Source of the DNA: Candidatus Rokuibacteriota bacterium
Lineage (GTDB): Bacteria > Methylomirabilota > Methylomirabilia > Rokubacteriales > CSP1-6
DNA length: 20,046 bases
Assembly: GCA_016184305.1 (NCBI GenBank)
Contig: JACPCX010000138.1
Location: 1 to 20,046 of the forward strand
Reading direction: 5' to 3'
This document shows, one piece after another, positions 8,782 through 15,789 of this stretch (position 1 is its first letter; each line of letters starts with the position of its first letter). The position numbers were made by a program, and so were the translations under genes. The notes under the pieces are model-generated. The model was not told where the DNA came from and did no database searches. It worked only from the letters and a program-made list of their open reading frames with translations.

Positions 8782-9141
8782 ATGACCTCCACGGACGATC
8801 AGATCTACGAGCTGCACGCGAGCGTCTGCCAGATCCTGGCGAACCCCACGCGGCTGAAGGTCCTCAACGCGCTCAGGGAGCAAGAGATCGCCGTGGCGGA
8901 CCTGGCTCGACGCGTGGGGACCAGCATGCCGAACCTCTCCCAGCACCTGGCCATCCTTCGCCAGCGCGGCGTCGTGCTCACCCGGCGGGAGGGCGCCACC
9001 ATCCACTACCGGATCGCCAACCCAAAGATCCTCCGCGCCTTCGACATCATGCGCGAGGTGCTCTTCGAGCAGATCGCCGAGGGCCGGCGGCTCGTCCGGG
9101 CGGCCGGCGCCGGAGCCCGGCGGAGCCGGACGGCACGGTGA
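8782..9141 (+). CDS. ArsR/SmtB family transcriptional repressor
   Basis: LANPTRLKVL, VADLA, NLSQHLAILRQRGVV and RREGATIHYRI winged-HTH motifs; single Cys (C16). Confidence 0.93.
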   Translation: MTSTDDQIYELHASVCQILANPTRLKVLNALREQEIAVADLARRVGTSMPNLSQHLAILRQRGVVLTRREGATIHYRIANPKILRAFDIMREVLFEQIAEGRRLVRAAGAGARRSRTAR

Positions 9142-9145
9142 CGGG

Positions 9146-9502
9146 ATGCCGCGCCTCCTGACGTTCGTCCTGTCCGCCGGCCCCTACTCGGGCCAGGCCG
9201 CATCCAGCGCGCTGACGCTCGCGAGCGCGGCGCTGGGCGCCGGCCACCGGGCGACCATCTTCGCCACCGCCGATGGGGTCTCCGGCTTCGTGACGAAGCA
9301 GAAGACCGCCGGTGTCTTCGACGTCGGCGCGGCCGCCGCCGCCTTTCTCTCCCGCGGGGGCGACGTCCACCTCTGAGGGTCCTGCCTGCGATTCAGGGGA
9401 ATCGCCGAGGAGGATCTGCTGGCGGGGGCGATGGTCGGAAGTCTCTCGCGTCTCATGACGCTTCTTGGGGAGAGCCACGCCGTGCTCACCTTCGGGCGAT
9501 AG
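9146..9502 (+). CDS. Selenocysteine-containing DsrE/TusD/YchN-family sulfur relay protein (118 aa, U77 in UxxC)
   Basis: In-frame TGA 9374-9376 in VHL-U-GSCLRFRGI; the frame continues 41 codons in DsrE-like sequence (...GSLSRLMTLLGESHAVLTFGR) to TAG 9500-9502; SECIS-like hairpin follows. Confidence 0.9.
9377..9417 (+). promoter_or_regulatory. Bacterial SECIS element 1
   Basis: GCGATTC-AGGG-GAATCGC apical 7-bp stem with a G-rich loop 18 nt after the TGA; lower stem GGGTCCT/AGGATCT and CCT/AGG. Confidence 0.8.
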
Positions 9503-9512
9503 GGCGCGCCTC

Positions 9513-9878
9513 GTGCCGCGGCTCCTGTGCCTCGTGCTCGATCATGCCCCGTATGGCTCACTCCAGCCTGCGGAGGCGATCCGCCATGCCGGGGGGGCGC
9601 TCGGGAAGGGCTGGGAGGTCGTGCTCGCCTTCATGGGAGATAGCGTCTACACGGCGCTGCCGGGACAGGCGCCGCTGCCCGACGGGTGGCTGTCGCTGTC
9701 GGAGGCGCTCGGCGGGATCCTGGAGACGGGCGAGGAGCGAGTGCGAGTATTCGCGGACCAGGACTCCCTCGATGTCCGCGGGCTGTCGGCTGGCGAGCTG
9801 ATTCCCGGCGTGCATCCGGCGGCGGCTGGCGAGATCGCCTCCGCCATGGCCGCCTGCGACAAGACGCTGCTCTTCTGA
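9513..9878 (+). CDS. DsrF/TusC-like DsrE-family protein (121 aa; GTG start corrected from the track)
   Basis: LVLDHAPYGS, AFMGDSVY, DQDSLDVRGL and CDKTLLF motifs; lacks the central active-site Cys, as DsrF does. Confidence 0.8.
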   Translation: MPRLLCLVLDHAPYGSLQPAEAIRHAGGALGKGWEVVLAFMGDSVYTALPGQAPLPDGWLSLSEALGGILETGEERVRVFADQDSLDVRGLSAGELIPGVHPAAAGEIASAMAACDKTLLF

Positions 9879-9885
9879 GGATCCC

Positions 9886-10215
9886 GTGGCCTCGATCCTC
9901 CTGGCCCTGAGCAGCTCGCCGGAAACCCCAGCCGGGCAGCGGGCACTTGCCCTCGCCGGTTCCCTGGCAGATCAGGGGCATGCGCTCACGCTCTGCTGCC
10001 TGCAGGACGCCGTGCTCCTCGGCAGCGATCGTGCCCCAGGAGAGGCGCGAGCCCTGCTCGACAACCTGCTCGATCGGGGCGCACGCTGTCTGGTTCTCCG
10101 CGAGGACCTGCTCCTCCGCGGGCTTCAGGGCGGTGCGCGCGCCCTGACGGTGGACCACGCCGGCCTGATCGCGGCCCTGACCGCCAACCACGACCGGGTC
10201 ATCGGCGCCCTGTGA
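9886..10215 (+). CDS. DsrH/TusB-like protein
   Basis: LQDAVL, VLREDLLLRGL and VDHAGLIAALTANHDRVI match the DsrH/TusB pattern; third gene of a DsrE-fold triplet. Confidence 0.75.
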   Translation: MASILLALSSSPETPAGQRALALAGSLADQGHALTLCCLQDAVLLGSDRAPGEARALLDNLLDRGARCLVLREDLLLRGLQGGARALTVDHAGLIAALTANHDRVIGAL

Positions 10216-12557
10216 GACTGCCGCGCTTCTCGCTCGTTGAGTTCTCCGTCAGACATCCGAAGCTCGTCGTCTCTCTCACGGTCCTCGTCACCCTCGCGTT
10301 CATGACGCAGTTCCCGCGGATGAAGACAGATACGAATCCGAAGAACATGCTTCCGGCAACATCCGACGTCAGGGTATGGAACGATGAGGTGGACAAGACG
10401 TTCGCGCTGTACGAGGACATGATAGTCGTCGGGATCGCACGAGACGGCGGCGCGCTCAACAGCGAGACGCTCGAGAAGGTCGGCAGGATCACGAACGAAC
10501 TCCTCAAGATCAAGGGGGTTGCGGCGAGGGATGTCACCAGCTTCCCCACCATCACCAATGTCACTTCCGAGTCGGGCACCCTGAAGGTGGCGCCGCTCAT
10601 GGTGGCAGTCCCGAAGACGAAGGGCGACATCGAGAACCTCCGCACGTCGCTCTTCGAGAACCCGCTCTTCATCGATCGCATCATCTCGAAGGACGGGAAG
10701 ACGACGGCGATCTACGTTCCTCTCGAACAGGGGGCGAACGGCAGGGACGTGGCAGACCGGATACGGGAGATCGTGGGACGGGAGAAGGGGGACGAGAAGT
10801 ACTACATCGCGGGTGACCCTGTCGTCAGGGACACGTTCGGCGCAGAGATGTTCACGCTCATGGCGATCCTTGCGCCGATCGCAGGGATGATCATGCTCGT
10901 CGTCCGGTATGTCATGTTCAGGGACCTCTTCCTCTCCATCGTGCTGATGATGGATGCCATGATCAGCATAGTGTGGAGCATGGGGCTGCTCATAGCGCTA
11001 GGATTCCCGATTCACATCATGAGCTCCATGGCTCCCGTCTTCTTGATGGCCATCGCGACCGACAGCATTCACATCTTCAACGAGTTCTACTTCCGCTTCA
11101 GGGAGAAGCAGGACAAGACGGCGGCGATCATCGAGACCATGCAGGCGGTGGGCCGCCCCGTCCGCTACACCGCGCTGGCAACGGCCGCGGGCTTTGGAGT
11201 GCTCCTGTTCATGAGCATCGTGCCGGTGCAGGTCTTTGGAGGCCTGGTGGCATTCGGGACCGTGGCGCTGCGGATCCTGAGCTTCAGCTTCATCCCCGCC
11301 ATGTTCACCTTCGTGAAAGAGGCGAATATCGAGAAGGCGGCCCAGGGAGAAGACGTGTCGTCGAGCAGGACCTCGGTGTTCCTGAGGGCGCTTGCCGGAA
11401 TCGGTGCGTATCGACCCAGGACGACTGTTCTCGTGGGCCTCCTGCTGTGTGCGCTGGCGATCACGGGGATCACGCGGATTGTCGTGAACAACAACATGGT
11501 GGAGTGGTTCAAGAGCGGCAGCGAGATACGGGTGGCGGACGCGGAGATCAACAGGGCGCTCGGGGGCACGTCTCTCGGCTATGTGGTGGCAGTGTCGAAA
11601 GAGGAGGACTTCATCAAGACTCCTGAGGCACTGAAGTACATCGCGAATCTCCAGCGGCATCTGGAAACGCTGCCGGTCGTGGGGAAGACGTTCTCCGTCG
11701 CAGACTACGTGAAGAGGATCAACCGTGTCCTTCACAACGACGACCCCGCGTTCGCTGTCATTCCTGAGACAAAGGAGGCTGTGGGCCAATACCTGTTCCT
11801 GTTCAGCATGTCTGCGAAGCCGTCGGACCTGAACAATGTGGTCGATTACCCTTTCAGCAGGGCGAACATCTGGATTCAGCTCAAGACGTGGGATGCGCGG
11901 GCGATGGAGGAGGTCATCAGGGCGCTCGACGGCTACAAGAAGGCCCACCCGATTGCTCTGGAGCTCAAGCCTGCGGGCATCGCCTACTTCAACCTCGTCT
12001 GGAACCGCGAGGTTCTGTGGGACATGGTCACGGGGTTCCTGTTGGCCCTCATCGTGGTATTCGTCATCCTCGTCTTGAACTTCCGTTCCGTCAGGTGGGC
12101 CGTGGTGAGCTATGTCCCGCTCCTGTTCACGATTCTCCTCATCTACGGGGCGGTGGGATTCAGCGGCAAGCGGTTTGACATGCCCATCTCCGTGCTGTCG
12201 TGTCTGTCTCTCGGGATGGCGGTGGACTTCTCGATTCATTTCATCAGCAGGTTCAAGCAGAGACTGGCGGAGAGCAAGGAGCTCGGAGCTCGGAGATCAG
12301 ACGCCGACCTCATCACCGAGTCGTTGCTGTGGACTGCCGCGAGACCTGGCAAGGGAATCATGCGGAACGCGGTGCTGTTCGCGGCGTCTTTTGCGGTGAT
12401 GATGCTCGCGCCGCTGACGCCCTATGTCACCGTCGGTGCGTTCATCGTGAGCATGATGATGCTGAGCGCGCTCATGACGATGATCTATCTGCCGGCACTG
12501 ATCGTGTGGCTGCGAGGGTGGCTGTTTCCGGGAGGCCTGACATGGTCGCGGCAGTGA
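10212..12557 (+). CDS. MMPL/RND superfamily transporter
   Basis: 781 aa with a twofold TM+periplasmic repeat; IATDSIH and MAVDFSIH proton-relay-type motifs; GTGA overlap. Confidence 0.92.
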   Translation: MRLPRFSLVEFSVRHPKLVVSLTVLVTLAFMTQFPRMKTDTNPKNMLPATSDVRVWNDEVDKTFALYEDMIVVGIARDGGALNSETLEKVGRITNELLKIKGVAARDVTSFPTITNVTSESGTLKVAPLMVAVPKTKGDIENLRTSLFENPLFIDRIISKDGKTTAIYVPLEQGANGRDVADRIREIVGREKGDEKYYIAGDPVVRDTFGAEMFTLMAILAPIAGMIMLVVRYVMFRDLFLSIVLMMDAMISIVWSMGLLIALGFPIHIMSSMAPVFLMAIATDSIHIFNEFYFRFREKQDKTAAIIETMQAVGRPVRYTALATAAGFGVLLFMSIVPVQVFGGLVAFGTVALRILSFSFIPAMFTFVKEANIEKAAQGEDVSSSRTSVFLRALAGIGAYRPRTTVLVGLLLCALAITGITRIVVNNNMVEWFKSGSEIRVADAEINRALGGTSLGYVVAVSKEEDFIKTPEALKYIANLQRHLETLPVVGKTFSVADYVKRINRVLHNDDPAFAVIPETKEAVGQYLFLFSMSAKPSDLNNVVDYPFSRANIWIQLKTWDARAMEEVIRALDGYKKAHPIALELKPAGIAYFNLVWNREVLWDMVTGFLLALIVVFVILVLNFRSVRWAVVSYVPLLFTILLIYGAVGFSGKRFDMPISVLSCLSLGMAVDFSIHFISRFKQRLAESKELGARRSDADLITESLLWTAARPGKGIMRNAVLFAASFAVMMLAPLTPYVTVGAFIVSMMMLSALMTMIYLPALIVWLRGWLFPGGLTWSRQ

Positions 12558-12591
12558 GGAAAGCGCTGCCGAGTCCGACGGGAGGGAAGCG

Positions 12592-13404
12592 ATGGCTCTG
12601 AACAGGGCAGTGGCGGCTGTCATCCTCGCTCTGCTGGCGGTCTCCTGGCTGGCGCAGCCGTCGGCCGCGCAGCCTTCAGCGGACCAGATCATGTCACGCG
12701 CCCACCTGGCCATGTACTACCCCGGGGAGGATATGCGGGCGCGGGTCACGATGCGCCTGGTCTCGCGCGACGGCAAGGAGCGGCTTCGTGAGCTGACCAT
12801 GACGCGGCGGGACCTCCAGGACGGGGGGGAGCAGCGATACTTCATATACTTCCACCGGCCGCCGGACGTCCGGGACATGACGTTCCTCGTCTGGAAGTAC
12901 CCGGGCAAGGACGATGACCGCTGGCTCTACATTCCCGCCCTGAAGCTGGTTCGGCGGATCGCGGCCAGCGACAAGCGGTCGAGCTTCGCAGGCTCGGATT
13001 TCAGCTACGAGGACATCTCCGGGCGGGAGCCAGAGGAGGACACCCACAAGCTGATCAGGGAGGACAAGGCGGGCGCCCGGGATGCCTACGTCGTGGAGAG
13101 CGTCCCGAAGGACCCCGGCAGCGTGGACTTCGGGCGGAAGCTCTCGTGGATCGACAAGGGGAGGGGGCTGCCGCTCAAGGAGGAGTACTTCGATCGCCGG
13201 GGCGACCTGGCGCGGGTCTTCACCGCCGAGGAGATCACGGAGATCCAGGGTTTCTGGACGGTCACCAGGCGCGTCATGAAGAACGCACAGACCGGCCACT
13301 GGACAGAGGCGGTGCTGGCCGACGTGCGCTACAACCAGAAGCTCGCCCCCGATCTCTTCAGCGAGCGCGCGCTCCGAGCCCCCCCGACCGAGCTGGTGCG
13401 GTGA
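12592..13404 (+). CDS. Outer membrane lipoprotein-sorting (LolA-like) periplasmic protein
   Basis: GGGAGG RBS; signal peptide; PPDVRDMTFL, DDDRWLYIPALKLVRRI and FAGSDFSYEDI motifs. Confidence 0.9.
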   Translation: MALNRAVAAVILALLAVSWLAQPSAAQPSADQIMSRAHLAMYYPGEDMRARVTMRLVSRDGKERLRELTMTRRDLQDGGEQRYFIYFHRPPDVRDMTFLVWKYPGKDDDRWLYIPALKLVRRIAASDKRSSFAGSDFSYEDISGREPEEDTHKLIREDKAGARDAYVVESVPKDPGSVDFGRKLSWIDKGRGLPLKEEYFDRRGDLARVFTAEEITEIQGFWTVTRRVMKNAQTGHWTEAVLADVRYNQKLAPDLFSERALRAPPTELVR

Positions 13405-14672
13405 CAGGCCGCGCGGCGCTGGCGTGGCTCGCCGCCGCCGCGACCCTGGCGCTCGGGGGCGGTGCAGAGGCGGACGAGGACGGCGTCCCGCTCCACGGCT
13501 TCGTGCAGGCGGGGACGGCGTATCGGCTGATCCAGCCCGACCGATGCGCCCGCACCCAGCGGCTCGCCTGCAGGGAGCCCTTCGTCCTGGGCGAGGGCCG
13601 GGCCCGGGTCGAGTTGACGCCGCGGGGAGAGTGGTGGGGCCTCACCGCCAAGGGCGAGATGATCTTCGACGCGCTCGTGCCCGAGGTGGACGGGGAGCTG
13701 CGGGAGGGCTATCTCGACCTCGCGCTCGGGCCCCTGGACCTGCGTATCGGGCGCCAGGTCATCACCTGGGGCGTGGGGGACCTGGTCTTCATCACCGACG
13801 TCTTCCCCAAGGACTGGGTCGCCTTCATCGCGGGGCTCCCGCTCGAGTACCTGAAGAAGGGCTCGGACGCCGTCAGCGCCACGGGCCACTGGGCCGGGAC
13901 CTCGCTCCAGCTCGTCCTGATCCCTCGCTTCGAAACCGACACGCTCCCCGAGGCCGGCGGCCGGCTCGCCTTCCATGATCCCGCAGCAGCGGTGGAGCGG
14001 CGCTACACGGACGACCCCACGCCCTCGCTCGGCCACACGGAAGCCGGCGCGCGCCTGTCCCGCAACGTCCTCGGCTGGGACCTGTCGCTCTACGCCTATC
14101 GCGGCTTCTTCCACACGCCGGCCGGCGAAGTGGAGCCGGGACCACGACTCCGGCTCTTCTTCCCGCCGCTCAGCGTCTACGGCGCCAGCGCCCAGGGGGC
14201 CCTGCTGGGCGGCGTCCTGAGCCTCGAGGCGGGCTACTCGGATTCCCGCGACGATCGATCCGGAGGCAACGCGGCCGTCGAGAACTCCTCCGTGAAACTG
14301 CTCGCAGGCTACCAGCGGGAGGTGCTTCCGGACCTGACTCTCTCGGGCCAGTATACCGTCCACGTGATGGAGGACCACGGCGAGTACGTCCGGAGCCGGG
14401 GCCCGGGCATGCCGCGCCGGAGCGCCGCCCGGCATGTCCTGACCGCCCGGCTGACCCAGCTCCTGCTCCATCAGACGCTCCGGCTCGGCCTGTTCGGGCT
14501 GGCGAGCCCCAGCGACGGCGACTGGTATCTGGGGCCGGAGGCGCGGTACCAGATCACGGATGCCCTCTCGGCGACGCTGGGGCTGAACGTCTTCGGGGGC
14601 CCCCGCCGCAGCGACTACGGCCAGTTCGAGGGCAACTCGAGTCTCTACACCGTGGTCCGTTATGCCTTCTGA
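13401..14672 (+). CDS. Outer-membrane beta-barrel protein (DUF1302-like), 423 aa
   Basis: GTGA overlap; signal peptide; LREGYLD and LRIGRQVITWG; amphipathic strands; C-terminal VRYAF BAM-type signal. Confidence 0.8.
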   Translation: MTGRAALAWLAAAATLALGGGAEADEDGVPLHGFVQAGTAYRLIQPDRCARTQRLACREPFVLGEGRARVELTPRGEWWGLTAKGEMIFDALVPEVDGELREGYLDLALGPLDLRIGRQVITWGVGDLVFITDVFPKDWVAFIAGLPLEYLKKGSDAVSATGHWAGTSLQLVLIPRFETDTLPEAGGRLAFHDPAAAVERRYTDDPTPSLGHTEAGARLSRNVLGWDLSLYAYRGFFHTPAGEVEPGPRLRLFFPPLSVYGASAQGALLGGVLSLEAGYSDSRDDRSGGNAAVENSSVKLLAGYQREVLPDLTLSGQYTVHVMEDHGEYVRSRGPGMPRRSAARHVLTARLTQLLLHQTLRLGLFGLASPSDGDWYLGPEARYQITDALSATLGLNVFGGPRRSDYGQFEGNSSLYTVVRYAF

Positions 14673-14689
14673 AAGGAGGTGATGGGGTA

Positions 14690-14898
14690 ATGGCGCTCCA
14701 CATGGAGCAGTGGCTTCGGTTGCTGGGGGGCATCATGGTCCTCGGCAGCGTCCTGCTCGCGGTGGTCCACAGCCCCCAGTGGCTCTGGGTGACCGGCATC
14801 ATGGTGATCAACCTGATCCACAGTCCGCCTTCACCAACTTCTGACCGTCCATGCTCCTCCTGCGGGCGGCAGGAGTGAAGGAGCAGGGGGCGCGGTAG
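14690..14898 (+). CDS. DUF2892/YgaP-like small membrane protein with putative selenocysteine, interrupted by a 2-nt frameshift (pseudogene or sequence error)
   Basis: RBS AAGGAGGTGA. Removing the duplicated CA at 14819-14822 gives NLIQSAFTNF-U-PSMLLLRAAGVKE (68 aa), matching family NLxQSAFTxWCP with TGA at the Cys; ends TAG 14896-14898, 3 nt before the next ATG. Confidence 0.78.
14845..14895 (+). promoter_or_regulatory. Bacterial SECIS element 2
   Basis: CTCCTGC-GGGCG-GCAGGAG 7-bp stem with a G-rich loop 19 nt after TGA 14842-14844; lower stem TGCTC/GAGCA. Confidence 0.68.
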
Positions 14899-14901
14899 CG
14901 C

Positions 14902-15627
14902 ATGGAGGCGTCGCGGCTGGAGTTGCCCGGGGGCGGGCAGTTCGACACGCTCGCGCCCGCATACGACGCCTGGTACGACACCCCGCTCGGCAGGGTCGTG
15001 GATCGACTCGAGAGCGGGGCGGTGCTCGGCCTCGTCGGCGAGGGGCCTGGTGCCTGGGCGCTCGACCTGTCATGCGGGACGGGGCGCTACGCCCTTGCCC
15101 TAGCGCGCCGGGGCCTGAGGGTCGTGGGGGTGGACATCTCCGAGCCCATGCTCCTCGTCGCGCGCGCGAAGGCGCGCGAGGCCGGGTGTGACCTCCGCCT
15201 CGTCAGGGCCGACGCGCGAGCGTTGCCCTTCCGAGCGGGCACTGTCGATCTCGTGACGATCATCCTCGGGCTCGAGTTCGTTGGCGAGCCGCGAGGCGTC
15301 CTGGAGGGATGCCATCGTGTCCTGGTGCCGGGCGGGAGCCTCGTGATCGCGATCCTGAATCGCGCGGGACTCTGGACCGTCTGGCGCCGGCTGAAGCGCC
15401 TCGTGGTTCCCTCCGTCTGGGGTGGCGCGACCTTTCTCAGCCCCGCCGAGCTGGGCGACCTGCTGCGTGCCCGCGGTTTCACCGGGCTGCGGTGGCGCGA
15501 CGCGGTACACTTCTTACCGCTCCTCGGGCGCAGACGGGTGGGCTGGCTCGAGCGCTGGGAGGCGATCGGCGCTCGGTGGATGCCTGGACGGGCGACCTTC
15601 GTGGCGGTGGCGGCGCGGCGCGCATAG
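14902..15627 (+). CDS. Class I SAM-dependent methyltransferase
   Basis: YDAWYDTPLG, LDLSCGTG, GVDISEPML, ADARALPF and RVLVPGG motifs. Confidence 0.92.
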   Translation: MEASRLELPGGGQFDTLAPAYDAWYDTPLGRVVDRLESGAVLGLVGEGPGAWALDLSCGTGRYALALARRGLRVVGVDISEPMLLVARAKAREAGCDLRLVRADARALPFRAGTVDLVTIILGLEFVGEPRGVLEGCHRVLVPGGSLVIAILNRAGLWTVWRRLKRLVVPSVWGGATFLSPAELGDLLRARGFTGLRWRDAVHFLPLLGRRRVGWLERWEAIGARWMPGRATFVAVAARRA

Positions 15628-15776
15628 CAGGCTGCTGAAAAAGGCCCATCTGCTTCGTTGGCGCCCTCGGCCGCACGCTCAACGTACAGCGAGTACGCCT
15701 CGCGTGCGGCCGTCGGGCGCCGCCTCGCATCTGGACCTTTTTGAGCAGCCCGCAGGGTTTTCCCGCATCCTGATAG
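15625..15776. repeat. Palindromic MITE/REP-like non-autonomous element
   Basis: GCAGGCTGCTGAAAAAGG (15627-15644) vs CCTTTTTGAGCAGCCCGC (15736-15753), 16/18 inverted match; nested palindrome; second degenerate end near 15758-15775; TAG at both flanks. Confidence 0.75.
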
Positions 15777-15789
15777 AGGAGGAGGGGCG

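Noticed and set aside
9465..9512. Track start of the DsrF-like ORF at 9465
   Set aside because: Overlaps the read-through C-terminus of the Sec-DsrE; GTG 9513 gives an N-terminus paralogous to DsrE
9146..10215. Calling the triplet bona fide dsrEFH (reverse Dsr) or tusDCB (tRNA thiolation)
   Set aside because: No dsrAB/C or tusE/mnmA context in the window and an atypical UxxC site, so gene symbols were withheld
14819..14878. CxxC (CSSC) in the tail of the 62-aa ORF as a redox motif
   Set aside because: Arises from the frameshifted frame; family similarity lies in the alternative frame
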